This document shows positions 26,376-39,896 of a stretch of DNA of 64,000 nucleotides, one piece after another (within the stretch, counting starts at the first letter, position 1; every line of letters begins with the position of its first letter). The stretch is from contig JALDTO010000057.1 in NCBI GenBank assembly GCA_023515725.1, positions 1 through 64,000 of the forward strand. Reading direction: 5' to 3'. This DNA comes from Amoeboaphelidium protococcarum X5 (taxonomy: Eukaryota > Fungi > Aphelidiomycota). The notes beneath the pieces were generated by a model, which ran no database searches, was not told where the DNA came from, and saw only the letters and a program-made list of their open reading frames with translations. A program made the position numbers and the translations under genes.

Positions 26376-27542
26376 ATGTTTACAGGATTTTCATATTTGG
26401 ACGCGGCATTCACGTTAATTGCCTATGGAGTATTCATCTTATATAGAATCAAGACTAATGATGGAGTTAGAATACTCAGTGCTAAGGCATTGAAGAGGAT
26501 TGAATTGAAAAGTGTCGCTATTATTTTGCTGCTATTATCTCTGCTCGTGCTCGTGGTTTACAACCTCATTGCAGCCGTGGTTAAGTATCGTCAAGGATAT
26601 TACGTGGACCCAGTGACTGGTATAATCATCACACGTCCTCTATCAGAGTACAATCGACAAGACTAGAACATCTTCCCGAGTATCTCTGTTTTGCTCAATC
26701 TCAGCTGGACTCTGTAGTGTGCATCTCTATTCTTACTGATGGCGTTGTGGAATCATATGTCTAAAGCTGAATTGAACAAGTAGTTCATGTCCTCCTTTGA
26801 GTTTAAGGCTTACGCTATCTACTCTATGGTGAGTCTCAGTATCTATCCCTTCTTGTAGGTTTGGTATTTTATCTCGTAGAATGTGATCGTCAGTGGTGTT
26901 GTGCCAATCTTTGTCTACGTGTTTCAGTGTGTGCTATTACTGGTGCTGTCTCAGGTATCTCGATTCAGATTCAAGAAACTGGCTCTGCAGCTGCCTGTGA
27001 AGACTAAAGCACACTCTAGAATCAAGTATTATGGCCGTATGAACAATTTTCTGACCGTGTCAATGCTGTTGATTGCAGTCGGCCTGGGTGCTATTGCTGT
27101 AGATGCAATCTCTTCTGACATGTTCTTTTACAATCAGTTCATCTTGGATGTGTTCACAAAGCTGTACACGCTTGGTATCACTTCTTCTTATGTGATTGCA
27201 ATCCTGATCCTTCTACCTCCTGCCGTGTCTGATAGCAGCGATATGTCAAAGAATTATGGCGGTGTTAATAATAATGGTGGTGGTGTGCACTTGATTGTTG
27301 AGCCTTTGAAAAAATCGTCTCAATAGCACACCATTAAAACCGGTCGTGACTCTAAGACTCTCGCAAGTCCACTGTCCGCACACAGTAATAATGGTGGTCC
27401 AGTCTCTCCACTAAGTCCTCATGGTCGCCAGCAGTATTTGGTTGATAGAGATACGCGCGGCTTCTTTAAAGTTTAGAAAACTCCTCCTCAATCCCCCGGC
27501 TCTGATATGTCGACCACTATTCGACAGTCATTCAGGAATTGA
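26376..27542 (+). CDS. Multi-pass (about 7 TM) membrane protein, GPCR-like topology, 388 aa
   Basis: About seven hydrophobic segments and a Ser/Pro-rich cytoplasmic tail; single frame. Confidence 0.7.
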
Positions 27543-27691
27543 TTTTTTGACAGTATAATAATAATGATAATAAATAATGATGATGTGAAAATAGTATTTA
27601 GTGCATTTAAATTCTTTAATTCTCATGATTTTTAAACATATTTAGACAATAATCACTTCCCACTTCAGCTGTTACAGGCTATAAGATGATC

Positions 27692-28253
27692 TCATTTAGA
27701 CTATCGGAATGCCATATCAATCTCTTTACGCGCGCTCTCACTAGAATCCGAGCCGTGGAAACCATTTTTAGTTTGACTTAAAGCATACTTCGCGCGTAGA
27801 CTCATAGGATCTTGCATCTTTGATCTACACTAGATGCTAGTTATCAATTTCAATATCATAATATTCCTCATAAAACTTACATAATTGGATCGCTGTGTCC
27901 GATAAGAGTTCGCCACCGATTTACAGCATCAGGCGCGATAAGAATCATGGCGATAAATGGACCGCTATAGTACCATATGACTCATGATGATAAAATTATT
28001 AAATCATACCTGATGTATGTACCTACCTTGTCATGTATTCGATTAGTCTAGGATAAAACTCTTTTCCTTAATGTTCTTTGTAAAATTATGATGCCTCACT
28101 ATTGTTCCAAGTCATCGTTTACTGCCTTTCAATATCAAAAGCTCCCACTTTATTTAATTTCTTATCATTAGATTTAATAGTCTTGAATATTTGATCCACT
28201 GCCTATTTATCAGCCACGACATGCGGCTTAATCAAGGCCAATGTTCTTTACAT
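27692..28253 (-). CDS. Nucleoside diphosphate kinase, NME6-like, 147 aa, introns 27965-28026 and 27825-27880
   Basis: MQRTLALIKP, FYKEHQGKEFYPRLIEYMTSGP, RWRTLIG and SLRAKYALSQTKNGFHGSDS (catalytic His); the spliced length is in frame. Absent from the ORF track. Confidence 0.9.
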
Positions 28254-28374
28254 TATCAAAGCAATCTTCCTTTTAGTGTTAGTTTACACTGCTTGAGAGA
28301 GATCATCGCTCGCTCAATTTTTTTTGTTTCTGAAAACACGTCAAAATATTAAACTGATCAGTGCAAACAATATA

Positions 28375-31300
28375 ATGAGTACCACTAATTATAGGACAAA
28401 GTAGGTGGTGGAAGAGAATGGAAAGATTAAATTCAAGTATATCAAATTTGCTGATAGACTGAAGAGGATTAATCCAGATGTTGTGCACAGGATAAGTCGC
28501 GTGGAAGAGCTGGAACCAGAGGAAGGCGATTCGTACTTAAACGCGTCACTGCAAGAGTGGAGAGACTTGAATTGCACATTGGACTTTCAGCGCTTCTGTT
28601 AGGAAGTTTAGCCGTTGGTAAATACATTTAATCAGGTGGTATTTTGCAAGGATGATATTGTGTAAGTCTTGCTGAATCACTTGAACAAGGATCAATCTCT
28701 TGCTATGGATGCTTTGCTCAATCTGGTGACAATGTTGGCCAAGGATTTAAGAGATGATTTCTATCCATACTTTGCTCAGTTCATCCTCTGCTTTAGTAAA
28801 TTACTTAAATATTACAAGTAGGATGCCGATATGATTGAAAAGATCTTTGAGGCTATTGGGTACCTGTTCAAGTATCTGAAGCGATTATTGGCAGCCAATT
28901 TCATCTAGACATTCACTGATATTCTACCACTTCTTATGGATGAGACTGAGTTTGTCAAATGGTTTGCCGCGCCGTCGTTGGCTTTTGTATTGCGCAAAGT
29001 TCCTGATGGTGATGCACTGCGTGATGTGATCAAGTAAATGCTTTAGATTGTGGACTCTTAACAGAGTAGTAGAAGCTGTCTTTTGGATTCTGTGGCGGCT
29101 CTGTTTGCAGAGTGCATGAAAGGTATTGGTAATCTATTCCATTTCAAGGCTTCGAGGATATTGGCGCTCCTGTTGGATAATATTTAACATTCCAAGTGTG
29201 GATTAGAATTGACTGAAAAGACGTTGATTTTGTTGCTTGTTCATGGTGACTCTGAATCTAATTAGGTTATTGTGTCCATGTTGCTATCTCATGCGTAAAA
29301 CGTTGGTTTTCGATAGCATTGGCACATTGTCAAGTTGATAGTTCTTGTGCTGGCGGTCAGAAAGGGAACTCGCGTTTAAAAGTCGATATAGAATATTGGA
29401 GAGTGGTGTACTACATCGCTGATATCCAGTATCGATTTGGTATCTTTGAATGAATCTTAGATTGTTGATTTAGCTTCTCATATTGCATTGCTTCTCAATG
29501 CTGCATATGATGATGATAGACTTTTGGATAGCTTGCGTGATATATTCAGTCGAATTAGCGCCGAATAAGTGCTTTAGTTCTGCTCTGTAATGTTGAAAAT
29601 TTGCACCATTGACTTTGCCTAATTGATATTGCCGGTCCTTACTGAAATATTTTAATTAAAGTCAACTGATGATCAATTAAAACTTGTATAGTGGATATTC
29701 TGTCATTAGTGTGATGGTACTATCGGTCTGGATGGTGGACGGAAGTTGGATCTTGGTAATTGTGTTGATGAGGTGATATCAGATGGTGCTTTATCTAAAT
29801 TAACTGCTTAATTGTCAGATTAACATATTGCTTTAATGTCGCTGTTGCCATTCATCACAATTTAGAATGAAGACGCTTTGTAGCAATGCCTGCTCAAGAT
29901 GCTCTAATAGCGCCTGAAGGAGTGTGAGAGTATTGGTGATGGTTTCATTAAGTTTGCAGAGGCTCTCTTCTTGGCTTAAACTTTGTACTCTTTAGGCGTG
30001 CCCCTTAGTTGTGAGGATTTCGCTTCCATGGTTAAGTTGGCCATTTAGCTAAAGTATTGTGGCAACGTGGTGTTTTTATCAGTGGTCTAAGAGTAGGCGG
30101 AGAGGTTGCAGATGATTTCTGCTGATCTAAAAGAGTCATTTGGTGCTATTTTGTTAGAAAACCTCGTATCTCCCGTGAGGAGTTGTCGCCTGTTGAGTTT
30201 GTAGATTCTGAGTTCAATAAGTGAAGGCAGCAGTGTATAGTAGCAGATTCTAAGTCTATTAGTCTTACTCGAATAGGTTGAGTATGCCCCAGAGAATAGC
30301 CGTGAGATGGTTCGCATCATCAATAAAATCAAGACTTTAATTCCTAGAATTGGTAAGTCTGATTTGTATATGTTGCCAAAGATTTGTGTTGGTATGTTGA
30401 CTGCCAATTATAAACCTCTGTGGGCTCCAGTACTCGATCTGATGTGGACTTTTGTCAGTTCTTACCCTAACGGGGCTGCCAAAGATCCTACGTGGGGAGT
30501 AATTTGGAATTTCATCTCTCTGTTTGATTCGCTATTGTGTAGTGAATATCTTCCACGGATGATCAATGTTAGCGCAGAGTAGCTGTGCTCGTGGTAATAA
30601 TTGTAAAAGAAGACATGCTAAGCTGATACAGGTGAGGATGAGCAGTATAAGGGCAACTATCATGATATCACGCTTAATCAAATGGCTTCCTTAAATATTC
30701 CTCTGTATCAAGCAAGTGCTGTTAATGTCTATGCTTAAAATATGCTGTAAAACTTTGAATTGCTATCTAATTTGCGAGTAGACTGGCTGAATGTGTATTC
30801 TCTGCTTTGTACTTCATTGAAAGATAACTCATAGCGATTGAACAAGCTCTGGATTGCGCAGATTGCTAGAGAATATCTTCGTCTGTATGATCAATATTAA
30901 TCCAATTACGAGCACCAGTTGTATCCTAGAAGTCGCCATTTATTTGAGATACTTGCTCATAATTCTGCCTTGCCAAGCATATCTGAAGATATATTGCTTA
31001 GTCTTAGAAAGAGATCCTTTGATATACTATGTCGCCCGGATATCTAAATGCAGAAAAGTGCTCTCAAGTTACTCAAAGTGTTTTCAGAGGTTAGATTGTC
31101 CAAGTATATCGATGATTTATTGGCTCTAGTTGATGAAAAGACTTTCAGAGAGACTCTGGCTAGGTGTTCCATCTCGTAAGAGTCCGATTGGTTGTAATCT
31201 GAAGATCGTCAATTCATCCTGCCTGTATTGCTGCGCATCTTGTTCTCTAAATCTTTCTCTGGATAAGGTGGGAAGAATGTGCAGCGGTTGCGATCTAATC

Positions 31301-34300
31301 GATAGGCATTGATGTCCTATCTGGTGGTTATGGAAGAGAGTGAATTGAATATATTTGTTGATCTTCTGCTTGGTGATTATGAGGCTGAAGATGCAATTGC
31401 GGATATGGAAGTGAAGAACATTATTGGTCTGATGTCAAGACTGCTAGATTTGGTAACGTTCATGAAAACTGCAATTGTCCCCGCCGTGTCGCGACTGTGG
31501 AAGGTGATGTCTTTAGTGTAAAAGTCAGTTGATGTGAAGTTGCAGTAAGACTTGGATAGTCCTCTTGCTGACAAATGGAAATAAGTGCGCACATTGATTT
31601 CCAAGACTGTTTTGCAGTTTTTCAAAATAAGAAGTAGTGATGCGCTTTCGTAGTAGCTGACTCGATGCTTTGATTAAATGTTTAATCTGGTTATTAGACC
31701 GAGATTGAGTAAGTTTGCTGACGAGAATTTACAGTAAGCATCTACGTTATTGTAATTGTTCCATTTATGGAGCCAGTATGAGCAATATTTGCCATTTCTT
31801 AGTGGTGAAGCAGAATAGATTTTCTATCCCTTGATTGATTTGCTAAGTGGTACTAATGTGAAGAGTGAAGTCGTTGATATGACTTTGAGCATATTTGAGG
31901 ACTTGCTGAGTTTTGCCAAAGGGGATAATTCTAATGCTAGTTCAATACTTAAGATTGTTAGTGGTAGGTTTATGTTATCGTTGAAGGCTGCGTTTTATAA
32001 TCTTAAGAGTGACGATGGTATCAAGAGTAAAATTCTTAGGCGCCAAGTATCTCTTCTGTCGAATCTGGTGGATTATATCGACAATGATACTACTGCTTTG
32101 ACTGATTACGTGTCACTGCTGCTTCCATATCTCACAATGGCAGATAGATAAGTTAGTCAAGAGCAGAAAGCTAATATTCTGAAGATTGTTGCAAGTGTAT
32201 TACCTCAGCATCTTAACCTTCTGGATGATTCCAGTGATGTCAATACTATGCAGCGTGCAGTCAGCTCGTTTACTCTCTGCTTAAGATCTTTAACTTTGTA
32301 AGAGTCTAGGTTATTGCTTTGCCAGTGTTTTTAGACTATTGCTAGTAAAGAGTCGCGGTATGAAAGAGTGTGCCAGTTGCTGAATAGCCTGAATGCTTTT
32401 AAAAGTGGCCGGGTTGATGAAGCAGACTGGTCCGGTAGACTGAATTGCGTCTCGTAAATTAACGATACTCTGCTTGATCAACTAGATTGCGTAGAATGGG
32501 GAATCATACTTAATCAATATCTATACTTTGTGCAAGTTCTTGGTGATTAAAGCCTGCGATAGTCTGCATCTTATGGGATGAGAAAGTTTATATGCCTCGC
32601 GGCTTAACTTTAGGATAATTCGCCTTTGAAGAGTTTGTTGGACACTCACATCTTCAGCTTCATTAAGAATGGTGTCAAGTCTTTGGATGAAGATGTAAGG
32701 ACTGAATTTGTTCTTCTCATGGATTGTCTTATTTTGGAGATGCCCGACTGGTCTAAAGTTGCTGGACTGGGCGAACTAAGAGCTGGTGGTGACGAAGAGG
32801 CAAATTTCTTCACTAACATTATTCATCTGTAGCTTCATAGAAGGGCCAAAGCTATTAGAAGGTTCACTGAGCATTTGAAAACTGACTCATCCCAGTAAAT
32901 TCTATGCTCCACTTTGGTCAATGTGTTTATGCCAATCTTTATGAACAATCTTTTGTCTGCAGAGAAGAAAATACATGACTAGATCGTTGTGGATTCTATT
33001 CATGCCATCGCTGCTATATGTCGTCGGTTGACTTGGTCATAGTATTACAGTGTCTACTCTCAGCTTAAGAAGCTGTTTGATTTGAAAGGATAAAAGTCTA
33101 TGTTAAGAGCGCTATTGGCTGTTTTAGAGCAATTTCATTGGAAGGCTTAAGATGGCTGTGAGTAGGAATGTTCAGCGATGGATGCTTTATCCTCTAAAAT
33201 CTTACCTTACCTGTACAAGATTTTGAATATGCGTACGGAAGATGACTCTAAACTGGCTATTAGAATCCCAGTTGCACTCACTTATGCGTAGTTGCTGTAA
33301 CATTTATCTGACAGTGTTTTCGTGTACGAGATTAAGCGTCTGTTTACTTGCTTGGTGTACATTTTGCGGTCTCGTAGCCAAGAGGTTAGAGATTAGGCGC
33401 GTAATACACTGGTAAAAATTGTTAAGCTACTTGGTCACAACTGTCTTGAGTATTTAGTGAAGGAGCTCAGATCTGCTCTCACTAAAGGTTATCAATTGCA
33501 TGTTCTTGGATACAGTCTTTCCAGTATCATCATTGACAGTTTCGATGTATTTACTATTGGTGCTTTTGATCGATGCATGGATGTCACTCTGTCAATATTG
33601 TTTACTGATATATTTGGACTCGTAGGAGAGTAGAAAGAGGTTGAAGAGCTGGCTCGTCAGTCCAAAGAGTATCGCGGCTGTCGTAGCATTGAGGCATTTG
33701 AGTGTTTATCCGCTGTGCTATCTCCATCTTCGCTACCAAAGGTTATGGATCGTGTTACCAGTCTATTAGATGCATCTCAGGGTAGATCATTTAGTGTAAA
33801 GATGGGCGACGTATTGCGCAAGTTTTCCATAGGATTGTTGAGGAATAGTGGTCTAGATTCTGATGCTTTGATGTCTTATATTTAATCATTGTTGTAGCCA
33901 GTTTAAAGCAGCTTCCACTCTTAAAAGAAACAAGGTACTGTTTTGGCTGAGAATACCGAATAGTCTAATGACATGGATTAGGATGCTTCTCCAATTACTA
34001 AGACTGAATCTTCTCAGGCTGTTAAACATTACTTTGATTAGAATAAGCACTTGTTAATTGAGCTTGGTTTGAATCTACTGAGAGGCTTACTGAAGAGAGA
34101 CCAGGTGGATGACTCTGAACAATGGAATATAATTCTTGACTAACTCAGCGCCTTGTTGGAGGTTAAGGAGACTGGTGTGCTGAATTCTTGCCTCAAATGT
34201 GTGTGCTAAATGTTGAACAGGAAATTATAGTTATCATCTGATGTGCTGAGCAGGTGCTGTAATTTGTGTGTCAATATAGTTCTTCGACACTTGAATCTGA

Positions 34301-35928
34301 ATAATGCTCTGGTGCAAGAGTGTCTACGTCTGCTGGCTGTGACTCTGAAAAGTTGCCCAGATATTGAACTCTTGAATGAATACCAGTTGACTGCTATTCT
34401 GAAAATGATAAAGCCTGATATTCCAAAGTCAGATGAATAATCTGTGATATTCTCCTTCATCAGATCTGTGCTTGCCAAGCGTATGATGGCTCCAATCTTG
34501 TATGACATTATTGATGAGTGCTGTCAATGTGCTGTCACTCATCAGTCTGGTCACGTTTAGTCTGTCTGTAGAAGTATAGCTGTGTAGTTCTACCTTGATT
34601 ATCCCGTGGGTGAGAATAAGATCAAGAAGCTGTTCTAGTTCGTTGCCAGGAATATGAGTTATGACATTGAGTCTGGCAGATTATCTGTTATGCAAATGTT
34701 GGAACTGATTCTCATTAAGTTTCCCGCTGATGTGATTGATGCACAAGGAGAAGCGTTATTCATGGCTCTAGTGATGTGTCTTGCTAATGATCAATCACCT
34801 CGCTGTAAAGAGAAAGCTGCTCAGGTTTTGAATAGTCTATTCCCTATGATGTCCTAGCAGAATTTGGCGAAAGTTGAGAATCTGATCACTCTGTGGCTGG
34901 ATGGTGAGAACACTTTGTAGAGTCTTGGAGTGCAAGTGCTCGGTATTTTAATCTTGAGCCAGTCTCGACTAGTCGATGATGGTAATAGTTGTATAGTATC
35001 CTCAAAATCTGTGGAGACGTTCGTATAGAAATGCTTCACGGTATTTGACCAGAGTTTGTGCGAAGATTAAGATTGGCAGTTGCGTTATCAGTGTTTAGTA
35101 TTCTTAAATAAGTGCTTATTGGCATATAAATTGTCAGTGTATGATCAGTTATTAGAGTCAGTGATGAAGTGTATGTTGGACGTTCACGCTTGGGTGCGTC
35201 TGGCTTCTAGTCGTTTGGTGCTTTAGATTGCACGGTCTTATCCTCATTCATTAGCTTTACACACTAATAAATTGATGAGGTTAAGTCTGAATCAGTTGAA
35301 GAGTTCTGTGCTGGATGAATAACAGTGTGCTTTGACCCTGGACAATCTCAAAGTTATTGGTGATTCTGAGTACCGCCAATGCCTTCCATCTGGATTTGCT
35401 AGGGGTGCTGCAGATGTTTAGGACAGTACAAGTGATGACCAAGATCAAGCATAGAATCTCCTATCTTTGTACAAAAGAGCAATTGTGATGGCTAAACTTG
35501 AGCAGAATTCACCATCGGTTTTGGTTAGACGTGTGGTAATTGACTGGCTCACCCATATCGCTGATAGTGTAAGTAAAGAAGACTTATGCCTAATACTGCC
35601 AACTATTCTGCCATTCATTTACAGAACATCTTAGGATGAGACCACAATTGTTACTGGATTTGAAGAGGTGAAAACACAATGCCACCTAACAATGAGAGCG
35701 ATCGAGAAGAAGATTGGTACATCAGAGTATTTCAAGATTCAGCAAGAGGTGTAGATGGAGATTCAAAAGGTGAAGAATGAGCGTCTAAGAGAAAAGTAAT
35801 TAATGGCAGTATCGGATCCACAACGTTATGAGCAGCGAAAATTTCAGAAGCGCTCGATGAAGTAGAATGCCAAGAAGCGTAAAGTTGAGGAGAACAATAT
35901 CCGCTATGGGAAGAAGTTAAGACAATGA
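28375..35928 (+). CDS. UTP20: U3 snoRNP/SSU processome HEAT-repeat protein Utp20, about 2517 aa, apparently intronless
   Basis: FKYIKFADRLKRI...LQEWRDLNCTLDF, DEEANFFTNIIHLQLHRRAKAIRR, LRSRSQEVRDQAR, LTKGYQLHVLGY and SYDIESGRLSV; one frame of 7.5 kb with many TAR codons. Confidence 0.93.
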
Positions 35929-36059
35929 TTAGAGTAGATGCTAAATTATACAACTTAAAGCTTTCATTCCATGTCATATCTTTTATTGGGCTTTACACTA
36001 TACTGAGCGCATACTAACTGGAAACGGCTCCTCTAAGAAGTCATTCTCTTTCTCAAACA

Positions 36060-36500
36060 CTCCTCTATGTATTTCTCAAAATACTACACAATAGTTTGAT
36101 TCTGGCGTTCGACCACTCTTTAGAACTCTGGATGAGCGCGTCCGCGAATAATCTCCATTAGGTAGTACTTTTACAAAGCATTTACCAAAGCGTTATCAAC
36201 TTAGAGCCATTATCACTTTAGAGGACTTTAGGTTGGCCAAACCCCATTCGACTGCAGAGTGTTATAATATTCTCAGCCAGACAAACTAAGCCTCTTTCCT
36301 GGGTATCGCGAACAGCCTGGAAACTTTACTAAAGCAGTCAATAATACCAAATTTTTTAGTATTTCCTACCGGCATTAACTCTAGCCCCATCGCGACCATC
36401 CCTTTTGTTCTCAGCACCCAGTTGCCCATCATGAGCCACATTTTCATATCCCTTCAATTCAATATGCAGCCGTTCCGTAAAATGATTATATACCATGGCC
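36060..36500 (-). mobile_element. Degenerate retroviral-type integrase core (rve; Gypsy/Ginger-like)
   Basis: ERLHIEL...GIIDCFSKVSRLFAIPRKEA...FGQPKVLQSDNGS...RGRAHPEFQRVVERQNQTI, with frameshifts. Confidence 0.75.
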
Positions 36501-36699
36501 TTACCGGCATTTAATTGGTAAATTTGGAGAACTATATGCAAACTTCGCATTGCCGGATAAAATCCTCCACCCACTTTCTATTGAATCCAGTCTTACATTT
36601 CTTGCCAGTATAATACGTCTCCTACATCTTCTTGAAGCATTTCCCTACAACCCCACAATGGTAATCTATAGAAAGGAGAATAGAAGTTAAAGTAAGCTG

Positions 36700-36840
36700 C
36701 ATCCATTGCATCTTCCAAAGTCACGCACTTCCTTTAAGTCACCTCAGTTCTCCTCTCTGGCTTTCAACCCTTCTATGACATATAAAATTCCTTTTGCCTC
36801 AGTCATATTATCAATCTACCCTACCAAAGCAGAATTGTAA
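36700..36840 (-). mobile_element. Gypsy-type gag C-terminal fragment
   Basis: QIDNMTEAKGILYVIEGLK.../EVTQRKCVTLEDAMDAA, frameshifted. Confidence 0.45.
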
Positions 36841-36859
36841 GTTAATTTCTACGAGTATT

Positions 36860-37022
36860 TAAGTCTACAGTAGATTAGTTCCGTGGCTGTGTAATCTGCT
36901 GCATAATATTCAGCTTCCGTGGTACTCTTAGCTATAACTGGTTGCAAATTAATTTTCCACACTACTGGGACACCACACATCTTAATAGTACTTACAGTAT
37001 TAAAACTTCCTCCAATGCTCTT
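36860..37022 (-). mobile_element. Ty1/copia RNase H fragment
   Basis: KSIGG...KMCGVPVVWKINLQPVIAKSTTEAEYYAADYTATELIY matches the copia W-x-S-KKQ-xxVAxSTTEAEY motif. Confidence 0.8.
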
Positions 37023-37139
37023 AGTAGGAAGGGGCCAAGAAGTTTCGACAAGGATCTTTAGCCAGTGGTGGGAGGAGGTGGAGTGGTAGATAATTTATAC
37101 GAAGCACCATTTCTTGTTTGAATGAACGCAGAATGAGCA

Positions 37140-37400
37140 TACTTGTCAACCATAGACAGTTCGTCTACACACTCCTCGACAATTCCGCGAAACGCCGCCA
37201 CATACTTCAACACCGGCCCCTTCTACTTCAAGTTGCGCATCTTCTTTCTAATCTCTTCGTCGTATTGGCCTATTTGGAACTTCGAACGGAGCTCACCAGC
37301 AAACTCATCCAAGTCCGCATATGGGAAGACTCAATTCTTGGTCCTTTTGCGGAACCACTCCCAGGCACCTCCGCCACCACGTAAGACTTTCGATATATAT
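37140..37400 (-). mobile_element. Ty3/gypsy retrotransposon gag fragment (pseudogene)
   Basis: LRGGGGAWEWF...*...LDEFAGELRSKF...IRKKMRNLKQKGPVLKYVAAFRGIV; internal TGA at 37331-37333. Confidence 0.7.
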
Positions 37401-38065
37401 ATATATAGTATCGCCGTTTCCACGCTTACTGATCCTGAAGACTCTTTCAATGAGTTCTCCACTACCATTGAAATCTGACAATACAGTGACCAAAAAGTAA
37501 ATCGACTAATTCTTGCGTCCATGGACAGTGCATCATTAAGTTGAAAAAATAAAGCAGTAACCGTTCATGACGGCCAAGACTTAATCATAGCAATTTTCAT
37601 AGATGCTACCAGAACTGTAAATTTCTCTTCTTCAACTAAGTTTCTAAATACAATAAATGTTTAAATTACAATGTAATTAACCAGAGTATGTTACAGAGAC
37701 TATATACAGTCAAAAGACAACTACTTGAAAGCAGCAGTTAGAGCAAACATTGTTAACCTTCTCATTAGACTATTAAATCGGCAAAAGACACGTTGACCAA
37801 ATAGCTCATAATAAAGCAATACAGCAAGTCTTAAAATGGTTCAGAATAATAATTTCCAATTATTTACTTTTTAGAATTGCATAAAATAGAGTCATTTATT
37901 AGTGGAACAGTAAGAAGAATAAGAAGAAGAAGAAAGTCTCCTCATTTCTTGAATGTAAAAGAAATCACTCGTTGGAATTTACTTTCGTAAGTCCAATAAA
38001 TACTGTACTCTGAAGGTATATACGTGCACTTGCGGTTTAAGATTCATCTTCCAAGGTCATTCATT

Positions 38066-39703
38066 ATGCTTATAGAGGAAAATGATGTTGTTGATGGTGA
38101 TACAGCTAGTTAGAATCTAAGTATTCATGAAGATCTAAAAGTGGGCAAGATTAAAGCATTCACAGCAGTGTCCATGATTGTGGGTATGATGATAGGCGGA
38201 GGAATATTCTCTGCACCATCAGTGATTGTTAAAGATATCAAAAACTTGACCGTGGTGTTGTTTATATGGTTATCCGCTGGTCTGGTATCGACATTCGGAG
38301 CTCTAATCTATGCAGAACTGGGCACCATGATGACCAAGAGTGGTGGCGAGTAGACATATCTGTAATAGACGTATGGCCCTATGCTCGCTGCCGTATTCTC
38401 GTGGATGTCGTGCTTTGTGGGGAAACCATCATCCTTTGCAATCATTGTAATTGTATTTGCAAACTATGCCTATCCCATTTCATAATCTCCTAACGGTTCG
38501 CAGGTGGACGCGACTTATAATGAACTCAGAGATATTTGGGTGCGCAGATTGATTGCTGCTCTACTTGCCGTATTTCTCGCTCTGATGAATATGAAATCCA
38601 ACTTTGGTCTCCGGTTACAGAATATATCTACAGCTTTCAAGGTGGTTTGTATTATCGTGTTATTGATATAGGCGCTGATATTTGGAGTAACAGGGAGGTT
38701 CCAGGTTCTATCTGATAATTTCTAATCTACCACCATCAGCAATGCAGCGGATTATACTCTTACACCTTATACCATAGTGATGGCGTTGTATTAGGCATTT
38801 TGGAGTTTTGATGGTTGGAATTCTGTGAATTTTGTCGCCGCCGAAGTTGATAATCCATCCAGGAACATACCGCTGGCTATTGGTGTAAGTGTGCCGACTG
38901 TCACCCTGATATATCTATGCCTGAACCTGGCGTATTTCACAGTGATCCCCGTAGAGTAGATAATTGGCACGTCCACCATTGGTCTGGAGTTTGGCTCTAG
39001 TTTCCCATTTGGTAGAATTTTTGTAACTATTTGTGTATGTGTATCCACACTTAGTTCTGCTAATGCCTCCCTCTATACAGGGGCCAGATTGGCTGAAGCT
39101 GCTGCGGATGAGCAACTCTTGCCGCGATACTTTGCATCTGTAAATAGATCTCACGCTGATGGAAATCCTATCCGTGCACTATCTCTTCAATGTGCACTGA
39201 GTCTATTCTTCATTCTCTCTGGATCTTATGAATCTTTGGTGACTCTATATGGTCAGATGATGTGGGTGTTCTATGCCATGACTGCCACTTGTGTATATGT
39301 ACTTCGCTTCCGGTCGCCAGAGAAGTTGTGGACTCGACCATTCTCAGTACCTCTTCTGATTGCTGGTATATTCTGCGCGTTTGGTCTCTCTTTTGCCGTC
39401 CTGCCTCTGTTCACTGATACCAAGTAGGCCTTGATTTCTTATTCTTGCCTGGTTGCATTTGCCTTGTTCTATTAGATGCGTGCCTTGTATAATCGCAGAG
39501 TAAAGCGGAAATCATCACAAGACGCAGATTATACTCAGTTGGATGATTATAATGAAGTTAGTAATCTCCAAGACTAGCGACATTATTCAAACTTAAGTAA
39601 GCATGGAGATCAATTTAATAAATCGTATCAAGATGAGGAGGAGGCTGTTCAACTCTATGAGACTGTAGGTGAAAAAGTATAACTGACTGGTAAATCTACC
39701 TGA
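38066..39703 (+). CDS. APC-superfamily L-type amino acid transporter (SLC7/LAT, Mup1-like), 545 aa
   Basis: IVGMMIGGGIFSAP, YAELGTMMTKSGGEQTYL, AFWSFDGWNSVNFVAAEVDNPSRNIP and RPFSVPL. Confidence 0.92.
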
Positions 39704-39896
39704 TTTATATTTATTGATTCATTTTATAACTGCTCAATATCTTGGTGATATGGGCCAAGCTAATTAAGCACGCTTTATATAATAATTTATAGGACGTACA
39801 TTGTCTCTAAAATTGAGATTTGTGAATATAGATAATTTAAAGCATTTTCATCTAATGCAGCTCATCATTCTAATTATTTAACAACAATCATTAATA

